Positions 1-11,174 of a DNA stretch of 64,000 nt are shown piece by piece. The position numbers and the translations under genes are program-made. The DNA comes from Eledone cirrhosa (Eukaryota): contig OZ024742.1 of the NCBI GenBank assembly GCA_964016885.1, forward strand, positions 337,094,001 to 337,158,000, read 5' to 3'. Position 1 is the stretch's first letter, and each line of letters begins with the position of its first letter. Below the pieces are notes generated by a model. It did no database searches and was not told where the DNA came from. It saw only the letters and a program-made list of their open reading frames with translations.

Positions 1-211
1 AGATAGACGTTAAACGATGATGATGACACAAACACATATATATATACATACATACACACATATATATACACACCCACACATATATATATATTAAGAAATC
101 CATACAATTGCGTGTGTATCGTAACTTTCATTGTAAAAAAACAAACAAACAAATTCACATTGTTGTCAAAAAATTTACTTTCACTTTCCGCAACGCCCGT
201 CTTAACGTATG

Positions 212-266
<55 letters not shown>

Positions 267-444
267 GTACATACATATATGCATGTACATACATTCTGGA
301 GAAAAATAGGATGTGAGGAAAAGAAGGCGGTGGCTGTGGCGGCAGTGTAATTAGAAGCTCAAATGAAGTATTGTTCTCGAGTTACACCAAAAACATGCAA
401 CCTCAATATGGATACACTGGAGACTGACAGAAAATCTTAGGGTA

Positions 445-801
445 AGAAAGCACCAGGAAGAGACTTGGTTGTTGGTTACAAGCCCTTAACGGAGATATAG
501 ATACACCAAGCTTGTTGGAGTTTGCAGATACAAAATTGGTCCTAACCACATCTCCCCCAAAACTCACTTGGCAAAAGACTACTAACTGATTGCATGCCAG
601 AATTGTATCTATAAAATGTATACAGCCTGTCTGAACCGATTCCTCCTGGAATACTGTGACAATAACAATATCATCACAGATGAACAAGCAGTTGGAAAGA
701 AAGGGATTTGGGGATGTGTTGAGTAGCTCCTGATTAACAAAACTGTGATGTTAGAAGTGTGGCGACATACGAGAAACTTGCTAACCGTCTTGCTGGATTA
801 C
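445..801 (+). pseudogene. Degenerate R4/Dong-like non-LTR reverse transcriptase fragment (RT domains 0-3)
   Basis: Manual translation gives KKAPGRDLVVGY ... AKDY*LIACQNCIYKMYTACLNRFLLEYCDNNNIITDEQAVGKKGIWGCVE*LLINKTVMLEVWRHTRNLLTVLLDY, with in-frame stops. This matches the YRPITC/EQxxGKKGxWGC/LLINK/xxDY pattern of R4-clade RTs. Other copies at about 11414, 20275, 29083, 37930, 46753 and 55428. Confidence 0.75.
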
Positions 802-851
802 ACACATGAATACATACGTAATACATACACACACATACATAAATATATACA

Positions 852-1125
852 TATAGCGAAAGAAATGTTTTTTGCACGGTGTTTTCTTTTCCATTGCGGA
901 CACGGCTACCTTTTACCTCGCAGGGAAAGCAATAGATAAGATTGCCCGATGGAAGGATTCACGGCGCCAGGTGTATGAAGAACATTTTCTACAGCCATCT
1001 GTTATTTATCAGTAAAATAACTAGCAGTCACTATAAATAGGCTGTCGTGTGACCTTAACATCATTCACTCCACTGCCTTTTCGCCTGTACAATACAGCCT
1101 GTATATATAACGGTTTACTGCTACA
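852..1125 (+). mobile_element. Possible old solo LTR containing a TATA + Inr core promoter
   Basis: Begins TATAGCGA and ends TGCTACA, close to the TATAGCG...CGCTACA termini of the young LTR at 9068-11178. TATAAATA at 1032-1039 and TCATTC (Inr, A at 1063) are at canonical ~31 bp spacing. No clear target-site duplication. Present in all units. Confidence 0.35.
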
Positions 1126-1369
1126 TTCACTTAGGGTCACTCTGGCCACCACAACTTGTCACTTTTCTTTTAAGGTAAAAAAACCCATGATAAATAAAAG
1201 ATTCATGCACAACACTGAAGCTTTACCGAACACTATATTTATTTGTGAACACTATAATCAAACATATTTACGATTCGAAGTAATCATATTTTTTTTCTTT
1301 TTGTTGAATTGAAGTAAAGATAATATATTAAACCAGAATTATTGGTATTTGTTGTGTTCGTAATTTCTC

Positions 1370-1786
1370 CTCTACCCCACCTCCTCCTCTCCATGTAAAA
1401 TTTGTCCAGTGATTCTTTCCTGAGACATTTTAACCACATGCCCATAATATTGGAGCTGTGATCTCTCAATTCGGAGAAGTAGCAACTCTACCTGGAGTGA
1501 CTCTCTGATCTCCGAGTAACGTTACTCCAAAGACTCTTTGGAAGAATCCCATTTCAGCTGCTTGTATTCGCGATCGTATTCTTTCGGTCATTACCCAAGA
1601 TTCATGACCATAGGTAAATGTTGGCACTAATACAATATTGAAGATAGCGAGTTTGGCTATCTCCCTTCTGATTACTGAATGCTGGCACATTACTGCACTA
1701 ACTCCTGCAATTCTGGCACGTAATTCAGCCTCCTGCCTTCCATCACTTGTGAATGTGGCCCCGAGATACTTTAACTTCTCTACCTG
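1370..1786 (-). mobile_element. RTE-clade LINE fragment (post-RT C-terminal region), interrupted at 1786
   Basis: QVEKLKYLGATFTSDGRQEAELRARIAG...TFTYGHESWVMTERIRSRIQAAEMGFFQRVFGVT is typical RTE ORF C-terminal sequence. Other copies at 12339, 21200, 30008, 38855, 47678 and 56353. Its uninterrupted continuation is at 59807-60443. Confidence 0.88.
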
Positions 1787-4228
1787 GGAAGCAAGGCGTT
1801 CAGAGTATGGTAGATGGCAGGTATTCGCTTGGTTGCACATCTCTGAACAGTTTCCAGGCGGTCAATGTTCTGAGCAAGATAGGGGTTCCAGACTAGTGAT
1901 GCAAATTCTAAGTGTGGCCGCACCATAGCTATATGCAGCCTTAAATAGATAGAGAGCGGCTGACAAATGTCTTGCTGAGTGCTGCTAAGACAGCCACGGC
2001 CTTCTTGACAATTTTAGAGATGTGCTTTGTCCAATGCAAATCGCTGCTGACAGTAATGCCCAAGTCACGTTCACAAGAAGACTTCTTGATATTAGTGTTG
2101 TGGAGGGAGTATGTGGACGCTGGGATTTTACTCCCAAAATGCATGGTGGTGCACTTGTCCACAGCCAGCTTGAGTTGCCAGTCTGTGATCCATTGTTGCA
2201 TTGTGTCCAGGTTAGATTGCAGGCAAGATCTATAGTGTTCAGGATCTGTCCTTTTTATCTCAAGGTACAGCTTGATGTCATCTGCGTATTTCAGTACTGT
2301 GGCATTCTTTAAGTTGGCATCTATGTCATTAATATATGACACAAACAAAAGGGGCCAAGAACAGATCCCTGAGGTACACCAGATGACATCTCATATGGTG
2401 AGGAATGCTGTCCTAGAACCGTGACTACCTCTCTTCGACTGAGAATGATGGACTTCAACCAGTTAAAAAGATCATCCTTCACACCGATTGCAGAGAGTTT
2501 TCCATAAGTCTTTTGTGTGGCACAGAATTGAAAGCTTTAGCAAAGTCAAGGTAAACAACATCCACCCATGAGCCGCCATCAGTGATCCGGGTGATGTCTT
2601 CAAGAAACTCGATAAGTTGATCACACCAGCTGGAGTTATGGATAAATCCAAATTGCGAGGGCCGGATAAGACTGTGAGAGTTTCAGAAGTTCCAAAGCGT
2701 TTCTCTGACACAGGGTGCCATCAGTTTGGCAATGCAGCTAGTAAGGATGACTGGGCGATAATTCACAGGTGATGTGCGGTCACCCTTTTTGAACAGAGGA
2801 ATGACTGACAGTTTTCTACTGTTCTGGGGGCGCACCATTGTTCAGACAGAATTGGAAGAAGCGTGATAACTGGTGCAGAAGGAAGTACCTACCACGTTTG
2901 AGAAGCAGGTACGTAACATCATCAAGACACGGAGAGGCATGGTTGCGTTTATTTTTAAGGTGACGTCGCAGCATTGAAGGTGTAAATTCCATAGTTGTAA
3001 TAGAATCCGATGTCAGAGGTGGTGGAGACGGTACACTCTGGTCTTCAATAGTGAAAATGCCTGCATAGCATTCAGCAATGAGCTCTACGCATTCCTTGGG
3101 GTCGTCAATAACCTGACTTGTGTGGGGATTGCGAAGAGGACCAACTGGAGAGTGAGGCCTCTGCTTTGAGTGAACATACTTCCAGAACACCTTACTGTCG
3201 GGGATGGTTGCTATGCGCTGCTCACATTGAATCATTGCCTTTTTTTTGTCACCTGTTTGAGATGGTTGGATGATTTATTTCGCTTCTTCCTATTGATATC
3301 TGATTTATGCAGTTTGTACTCACGTTCAGCATTACGACGTTCTTTTCTGGCAAGACGGACTGCTGAAGTCTCCCAAATTGCACGTTTGGGATGTTTTTCT
3401 GCTTACGTGGCACCGATGCTGCATATGCTGTCCATATTGAGCTTAGGTTGTTATGGAGTACAGTGTTGACATCTCCAGAGTCGTAGAACTCAAGCCAGTT
3501 TGGACGTTGCAACTCGGTGCAGTTACAGTTCCAGTTTGCTTTATTACAGTCAAAGTGAGCAGTTTGGAGATGGTTGTGGTTCTTGTTACTGCCCACGAGG
3601 GATAGATTGGCAATGACCATAGCATGATCTGAGTCAGCTAAAGGTTCCTCAGTAGTAACACTAATGACCGTTTCAAGAGTAGTGGTGAAGAGTATGTCCA
3701 ACGTGTTGTCATCTCTTGTTGGGGAGGTGACTACTTGGGACCAGTTCGAGTCCAGCACTAGCTCAAGGGAGTCATTTGCACTTGGCTGCCAACGAAAGGT
3801 TTCCCAGTCAATCTCAGGGTGATTGAAGTCCCCTGCAATAAAAACATAAGTGGCTATTTTCCTGGTAGCAACTCTGAGGATATCACAAAGCTAAGTGTCC
3901 TGATGGTAATTTGGGGGACGGTAAACGATTCCAAGTAGTAGTGTTGACATGGTCATACGTATATCGCAGAAAAAAACTTCCTGCTGCGATTGGTTCAAAT
4001 CAACACAAGGAATTGAGAAAAGATTTGACAGAACGTAGACCATTACACCACCACGACGACGATTAATGCGGTCTTTACGAAACAAGTTGTAGCCAGTTAT
4101 GCTGAAAACCCCATCACAGATTAAGGAATGTGCCCATGTTTCCGTGCCTGTAATGAAGTCAGGGTTGATACTTTTGACGTAGGAGTCAAAAAGATGAATC
4201 TTATTGCATAGACTACGTGCATTCATGC
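1787..4228 (-). mobile_element. CR1/L2-group LINE ORF2 fragment (APE endonuclease + RT), degenerate, unit 1
   Basis: APE motifs NARSLCNK, ITGTETW, RKDRINRRRGGV, VYRPP, GDFN, PTRDDNTLD and SDH. RT motifs include KYADDIKLY, W..DWQLKL..DKC and ERDLGITVSSDLHW. Broken by stops and frameshifts, and truncated at both ends. Confidence 0.92.
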
Positions 4229-6945
4229 ATGGAGATGCAGAAACTGTCTCTTCCCCTCGTCTGTCCAGCCACGGCCGTCTGGCACTCCACCAGATGAGAC
4301 AGCGAGCTTGCCTGATGCCCAAGCCTCGCTGGTCAACATCGCTCGGCTCAGGAGGCTGCGGAAGATTCCGCTCAGGATCCCGAGAGCGGCCTGGGTGCCG
4401 GTAGCCGATGCCCTCGCTTCCTCGATCGAAAGTGCTCTGGACTCCAATCGAGCCTGCTACTGGGAGCTCCTCTTCTATTTCGCCCCACTCGCCCTTGGCC
4501 TCCCCAGCTATGGCGCTGACCAAGGCGACCGGTCGACAGCAGCCTTTGCCAAGGCCAATGTTTCGTCCTTTGGGCAAGCGCCCATTCCAAGAGTGCCGAA
4601 GGACGCCATTATCCCTGCTCCAGGGTGCCTCCACCCCTGAGGCTAGCGCCAAGCGTTTAAGTGACCGCGTAAAAGCTAAACTTATCATGAGTGATGTCAA
4701 GGCCGCAGTCAGAATGGTTGCCTCAGAGGACACTGTCCTCCAACCCACCGAGGAGGTCCTTGCTGCCCTGCGACTCAAGCACCCTGAGCCACCTGCTGAC
4801 ATCCAACCCCTACCCCTACCCTATCCCCACATGCACCTTGTGGCTTCCGGAGCAGATATCATGTCTGCCATCAAGTCCTTCCCAGCTAGCAGCAGCGGCG
4901 TTGCTGATGGTCTCCGTCCAGACCACCTCAAAGAGTTGCTATCCTCCTTCTCCGCTGAGGCCGGGTGCCGCCTTCTGAGTGCTAGTGTGGCACTTACCAA
5001 TAGGCTTATCCATGGCGCCCTGGATCCTTACGCCCGAGGTCTCTTTTTTTCGGCTATCCTGACCGCTCTCAAGAAGAAAGAGTTCAGTCCGGTGCAACTG
5101 GGTGTCGGCGTGTCCGGTGGCTGTGAGGGGGCCGCACATGTAACCAGGCAGTTCTTCAATAGCTGCCCACCGGAACCGACATCCAGGGACTCCGGGCACC
5201 TCATTGTCAAGCTTGACACGAGGAATGCCTTTAACTGCATACGCCGGGACCATCTGCTTAATGCCTGCCTCAGCCGAGCCCCTGCTGCCTTCCCGCTGGC
5301 CTACTTGTCATATGGTGCCCCGAGCATACTCCTTGCTGCTGATACGGTCATACCTTCGGCCAGTGGGGTCAAACAGGATGACCCTCTGGGTCTCCTCCTG
5401 TTTGCTCCATTGCCCGTAGCATCACGGCTCCTCTCAACGTTTGGTACCTGGATGATGCTACGCTGGGCGGGCACATGGAAATTGTTTGCCATGACCTTCA
5501 ATCGGTGGTTTCCGCCCTGGCGGGAATCGGACTCCAGATCAACTCGTCTAAGTCGGAGGTGGTCAATGTCAGCTGTGATGCTGAGAGCTTTGCGGCCTCC
5601 GTCTTGGACGTGCGGTCCATCCTCCACCAGGTACAGGTGACCCCCAAAGAGGATGTCCTCATCATCGGGTCACCGATCCACTCGCCGGCCATCCGCTCCA
5701 CCATCAGGGCTAGGCGCCAACAACTCCCCGATCCTCACGAGCCGACTGGGCTTGATCGACGGCTACCCAGCTCTCTTCCTGATGAGGAACTGCTTCGCCA
5801 TGCTGAAGCTCCTCTACACCCATCGCAGCGCTCTGTGGTACAGCCACGCATCTCTCCTCGCTGACCTCGATACTTTGTATCCGAGCGGCTGCTGAAGAGA
5901 TATGCAGCGTCAGGTTTGACGACTTTGGATGGCAACAGGCCACTTTACTTGTCAGATTTAGCGGCCTTGGCTTCCGGTCCCCGATCTCGCTGGCTTTGTC
6001 GGCGTTTCTTTCATCGGTAACCTCATGCCGCGTCTCGTGAGCAGGGTTCTCCAAAACACAATAGAACCCTCTGTGTTCAGGGAACGTGAGGTCGCCTGTG
6101 AGACGTGGCACAGGCTGGGGGGACTTAGCCCGGGAGACGTCCCTCCTCCTTCTCCCCCTGCTGACGTCAAGTACCCCCAAAGCGTATGGGATGTCATCTA
6201 GTGCAGCCTGGCCTCAGACACGCTCATGCGCCAGCTCTACCAGCAACTACCTTGCCTGTTTTCGCGCGGCCTCCAAACCCCACAGTGGTACCTGGCTCCA
6301 TGCCTTGCCCTCCTTCTCCACTGGCACGCAGCTGGATACGATAGTCTGCGCATCGGCGTTTCCTTGAGGCTTGGACTCAAATGTCACTGTGGATTCACCG
6401 TGGACTCTTTCCGACTCCACCCGCTTTCCTGTCGCCACAGTGCCGGCCGCCTTCCACGCCATGCTACCCTCAACGAGGTCATTAAGCATAGCTTGGACGC
6501 TGCAGGCTTCCCCCACCCAGCTCGAGCCGGTGGGGCTGGACTGAGGGGATGGCAAAAGGCCAGACGGTATGACCATCTTCCCGTTCCGCGGTGGAAAACC
6601 CCTCGTTTGGGATGCCACTTGCAACGACACTTTCTCCAGCCGCAACTTGGTGCAGTCTGCGACTAACCCAGGTACTGCTGCAAGTCGTGCTGAAGAAGGC
6701 AAACTCTCCAAGTACCGACAGGTTCGCGGTCGTGCCCTTGGCAGTGGAGACTTCTGGTGTCCTTGGCCCTACAGTTACCTCCCTATTCACCACCAAATAG
6801 CGCGGAGCTATCCAGCCGCAGGTGTGAGCCTCGCGAGTTGGAATGGCTCTTCCAGCGCATCTCCCTTACCATCCTCCGAGGAAACCGCCTTCTCCATCCT
6901 GTCTGCCGGGGCTGTGGGGAGGCCAGCACCTGGGACCCCATTTGC
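4229..6945 (+). mobile_element. CRE-clade non-LTR retrotransposon (RT + zinc knuckle + restriction-like endonuclease), degenerate, unit 1
   Basis: LRLKHP, SSGVADGLRPDHLK, QLGVGVSGGCEGAAH, KLDTRNAFNCIRR, SGVKQDDPLG, and LNVWYLDDATLGG in a shifted frame. Then [14 protein letters not shown]...HPLSC....GRLPRH..LN, EP..DGKRPDG, WDATC, AEEGK..KY, PLAVET and FQRISL..LRGN. Has frameshifts and lacks the GGIRPIAVG block after ALKKK. GC-rich relative to the flanks. Ends are approximate. Confidence 0.9.
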
Positions 6946-7033
6946 TTACCATACGGATTAATAGGCAAAGTCCATATTATTATAAAACGAATCGTTATTT
7001 ATGAAACCATTATTATTTCCTTATTTGTTGTTG

Positions 7034-7108
7034 AGATAAAGACTTTCTAGGAAACCAAATAGAAAAGTGAAAGTTTTCCTTGAAACATGGGAGATAACTC
7101 AGAGATAA
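7034..7108 (+). promoter_or_regulatory. GATA-GAS-IRF-E-GAS-GATA-GATA motif cluster upstream of the 172-aa ORF, unit 1
   Basis: AGATAA 7034-7039; TTCTAGGAA 7045-7053; GAAAAGTGAAAGT 7062-7074 (exact IRF-E consensus); TTCCTTGAA 7076-7084; AGATAA 7092-7097 and 7103-7108. The motifs are seen directly; their function is inferred. Confidence 0.65.
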
Positions 7109-7247
7109 CATCATTATTTCTCATTTTAAAACGGAGAATTAATAGCGTACAGAATAATATATCAACAAAGTATAATTGTCAGAAGTAATTACACTCTGTT
7201 TATCACTTAGACAAAAAAAAAAAACACAATAATAAAACGTACTTTAT

Positions 7248-7523
<276 letters not shown>

Positions 7524-7586
7524 ACTTTGCCACACCTACTGTACTAAATCTCGCACCATAATTATTTCTCATTTAATACTTACACC

Positions 7587-8105
7587 ATGCACATCATCGA
7601 ACTGTCTCCGACTAATATCCGCTTTAGTCAAGATTCTATCGCAAAATGTTTCAAAGATGGGAGAAAGCTGCAAAATGTTATTTTGGATATAATTAATGGG
7701 AAAATCACACCCGACTCCATTCCCAAGATCGAAGTTTTCTCAAGATATGGAAAATACTACAGTTTAGACAATAGGAGACTTTATGTATTCAAAGCGGTTC
7801 AACAACGGTCTAAGCCGGACATGAAGATTAAGGTGAAATTAACTACAAAATCTAACGAAAGAAAATTTACGACAAAAAATGATGGTGAAAGTATATATGT
7901 AAGAGGTCAAACACAAGAAGAGCCTAGGCTCGAAGCCTTCAAAGGAAGAATATATACGGACTCACCGCAAATGGTGGCTCAATCGGCCTCAATATTTGAC
8001 GAATCAGATTTTACATTAATAACTTTCCCTGTGTCTGATATAAATCCGATAGAATTTATAGAATCGCCTTTAATAACACCGGCGGTATTTATAGACTTGC
8101 CTTAA
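7587..8105 (+). CDS. 172-aa ParB/sulfiredoxin-fold-like protein with acidic C-terminal tail, copy 1
   Basis: Intact ATG-TAA ORF with A at -3 (ACACCATG). Motifs [10 protein letters not shown]...[22 protein letters not shown] and KFTT.NDGESI.VRG. DNRRL corresponds to the ParB/Srx DGxRR nucleotide-binding motif. Not TE-like. Confidence 0.8.
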   Translation: MHIIELSPTNIRFSQDSIAKCFKDGRKLQNVILDIINGKITPDSIPKIEVFSRYGKYYSLDNRRLYVFKAVQQRSKPDMKIKVKLTTKSNERKFTTKNDGESIYVRGQTQEEPRLEAFKGRIYTDSPQMVAQSASIFDESDFTLITFPVSDINPIEFIESPLITPAVFIDLP

Positions 8106-8556
8106 ACAAACCAGAAGGAAATTTTGGTCGAAAAATTTGCTTCAACTGAGGATTTTTTTACAGGTATATCTATCAATGATTGTATTAAGTTTTAAATATA
8201 TAGGTAAATAACATTACAAATTGCCCACAATTCTTTCAGAATTGTTACTGTATTTATTCAAACATTCGTCCCATAATCTTATTTCCTGTTTCTATAATCT
8301 TATTTGCTGTTTTTTTTTAAAAACCCAAAGATTTCGATTTTATTCAATGTTTTAGAACTCCTTCATTTAGACACGCAAACACACACACACACACACACAC
8401 ATGCACGCAACAGTAATAGGAATATATAGGAATTAAAACCTGAATATTTACTAATATAGATACATATGTTTATACGTACATCTATCCATCTATACATACA
8501 TACATGCACACGCACACGCACACTACATACACATACATTCATACATTTATAGATAG

Positions 8557-8589
<33 letters not shown>

Positions 8590-9037
8590 GGCATACGTTA
8601 AGACGGGCGTTGCGGAAAGTGAAAGTAAAATTTTTGACAACAATGTGAATTTTTTTTTTTTTTTTTTTTTACAATGAAAGTTACGATACACACGCAATTG
8701 TATGGATTTCTTAATATATATATATGTGTAGGTGTGTACACTGTGAATTTGTTTGTTTATTTACAACAGGTCTCTATATTGATATGGTGTTAATTAGTAT
8801 TGCGTGTGTGATTATTTTTTCTTTAGATAGACGTTAAACGATGATGATGACACAAACACATATATATATACATACATACACACATATATATACACACCCA
8901 CACATATATATATATATTAAGAAATCCATACAATTGCGTGTGTATCGTAACTTTCATTGTAAAAAAACAAACAAACAAATTCACATTGTTGTCAAAAAAT
9001 TTACTTTCACTTTCCGCAACGCCCGTCTTAACGTATG

Positions 9038-9039
<2 letters not shown>
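8590..9039. repeat. Inverted repeat with 149-bp arms (8590-8738 / 8891-9039) and a 152-bp spacer; IRF-E in each arm
   Basis: GGCATACGTTAAGACGGGCGTTGCGGAAAGTGAAAGT...GGATTTCTTAATATA is the reverse complement of TATATTAAGAAATCC...ACTTTCACTTTCCGCAACGCCCGTCTTAACGTATGCC. Also at 19590-20037, 28395-28841, 37234-37680, 46064-46511 and 54758-55204; right arm only at 69-213. Confidence 0.95.
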
Positions 9040-9067
<28 letters not shown>

Positions 9068-9072
<5 letters not shown>

Positions 9073-11174
9073 CGAGGATTACTGGGATGTATGAATGTAA
9101 CAAAACGAGACATTGTTTGTGTATATAATATTTAATTAACGGTAGATAGAATACTTGACATGTCAAAGATAGATGTTAGAATGAAACAAAGTTAGTAGTT
9201 ACCGTTTTGATTGCCAGGCAAACGCGGCTGGCAGAGGGCGCCTGGCTAAGGCCAGGCGCCTGTTGGCCAAATTAATGGCAGAGCCAAATGAGAAGACTCT
9301 TGACCTGGTGCCGAAAAGGCAAAGAGAGAGGAAGGAAGCTTAACGTTGTTAGTTTTATAGGGCTCTGACCGGAAGTTGCAGAAAGGGTTCCACCTCCCGT
9401 CTAGATCCCAATCAAAACAAGGGAGACAACCGCTACATAACCTCCCGCCAGAATTTTAGTGTATAAAAATCGAAATGAAAATATGTAGCAAGTTGGCGAG
9501 AATGTTGTAACAGGCATGAAAATTACGACAAAAGAATGTTTGGAAAAATCAATGATAGATATCAAGGTAGCCAACCGCTCTTGGCCAGAGAACGACTGGA
9601 CATCCATCTATCCATCACCCAAAGATACAATGTAATAAAGTAAAAGTAATAAAAGAGCTCAAAGTTCAAAATATAGTTCACAGGTGTGCAATCACATGAC
9701 AGCAGGAAAGAAAGTGTGTTCCAGAGAATGAATGCAGGTGGTTTCTGTTCTGTGGTACATCGTGAAATTTCCAACCTCCGAATGGATTTTCTCACAGGAA
9801 GAGTGCTGCAAAAATAAATTCTCTGGCTTTGGTGAAGCTGTGTTGATGTATTGCTGTTGCTGTTATATTGCTGTTGCTGCTGCTGTTGTCTCGCTGAGTG
9901 AGCGTATTCGGTGTTTAAATTCACAGTAAAAAATTTTTTTTTTAGAAAAAAATGAGTTGCGCAAAGTGCTAGAAATAGCAGCCGAAGTTGATGGTCGATG
10001 TTGAGAATGCGTTGACCTGGAAGGGTCAAGAGGCCAGCGACCAGAGAAATAAGCATTCTTAATAAATGCGCGGTTATCAACGGTAAATTTACATTGTAAA
10101 TTTATAAACCGGCAAATAGAAGAATATAGCTTAAGGCTGAAGAATCCCTGGTGATAAATGGCGTGCGGCTGTCTGTGAGTAAAGACATCTCAGTGAATCG
10201 AGAATTTATGCTGCCTACACGTGCCAATACAAGGTTGAAAAAAAAATATTTCTAACGCGCGAGAAAATGATAGTGCAATTTTGAAAGTGACAATGATGAA
10301 AAAGAAAGGCTTCAATCAGCATAATTATAGGTGTGAACTTTTTGAAAAAAAAAAAAAAAAAAAACTTGAACGATGAAGAAAACGAAGAACAAAAGGCAAT
10401 GGTTCATCGAAAATAAATGTTCCTGTTGAAATGTTTTTTAAAGAATATCAAATTTCTTTTTTTTTTTTGGTGTTTTGAAAGAGTTCGTTGTAAGAAACGA
10501 GAAACATATATATATATCGTGAAATGTTTTTTTTGTTTTGAAAGTGTTCGTTGTAAGAAACGAGAAACATATATATATATATTGGTGAAATGCGACAGTT
10601 AATTGATGCGTGAGAGAAAAAGTATGTCTGTGCGAATTCCACATGTGCGTGTGTGCGTGTCCTTGAGTATTTTCATAGTTTGTCGCTAAATTTGCTGTGT
10701 ATTCGTAATGTTACTCACAAAACCAGATGTGCTATTTTTTTCTTTTTTGGGGGGTGACCACTTATAGCGATGAACGGCTGCGTGTTCGTATCACGTCGGG
10801 GTCACCAATATAGCGAGGATTACTGGGATGTATGAATGTAACAAAACGAGACATTGTTTGTGTATATAATATTTAATTAACGGTAGATAGAATACTTGAC
10901 ATGTCAAAGATAGATGTTAGAATGAAACAAAGTTAGTAGTTACCGTTTTGATTGCCAGGCAAACGCGGCTGGCAGAGGGCGCCTGGCTAAGGCCAGGCGC
11001 CTGTTGGCCAAATTAATGGCAGAGCCAAATGAGAAGACTCTTGACCTGGTGCCGAAAAGGCAAAGAGAGAGGAAGGAAGCTTAACGTTGTTAGTTTTATA
11101 GGGCTCTGACCGGAAGTTGCAGAAAGGGTTCCACCTCCCGTCTAGATCCCAATCAAAACAAGGGAGACAACCGC

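Noticed and set aside
108-350. ORFs rich in YIYIYI / CVCVCV (also at 7244, 8363, 63471 and their copies)
   Set aside because: They are translations of (TA)n and (CA)n microsatellites, not proteins.
3891-4802. 303-aa minus-strand ORF as a novel fusion protein
   Set aside because: It is the antisense of GC-rich CRE running by chance into the CR1 APE frame, and it is broken in unit 7.
4408-5640. 410-aa ORF as an active reverse transcriptase that drives the array
   Set aside because: It lacks the GGIRPIAVG block, has QDDPLG in place of QGDPLG, and frameshifts before YLDD; the endonuclease part is also split.
8061-8081. SPLITP as a pLxIS IRF-recruitment motif
   Set aside because: It does not match the pLxIS consensus.
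7587-8105. Naming the ORF sulfiredoxin (SRXN1) or bacterial parB, or calling it bacterial contamination
   Set aside because: No FGGCHR catalytic Cys and no HTH/dimerisation domain. It is embedded in metazoan repeats and has a Kozak-like start.
9562-10080. 172-aa minus-strand ORF in the LTR interior as gag or cargo
   Set aside because: No ATG start, low-complexity poly-Q from a trinucleotide tract, and no recognisable gag motif.
10470-10590. Short direct repeats as a CRISPR-like array
   Set aside because: Only two adjacent copies, with no unique spacers, in eukaryotic TE sequence.
10776-10807. tRNA-Trp gene
   Set aside because: Only the 3' 32 nt are present, with encoded CCA next to an LTR; it is a PBS.
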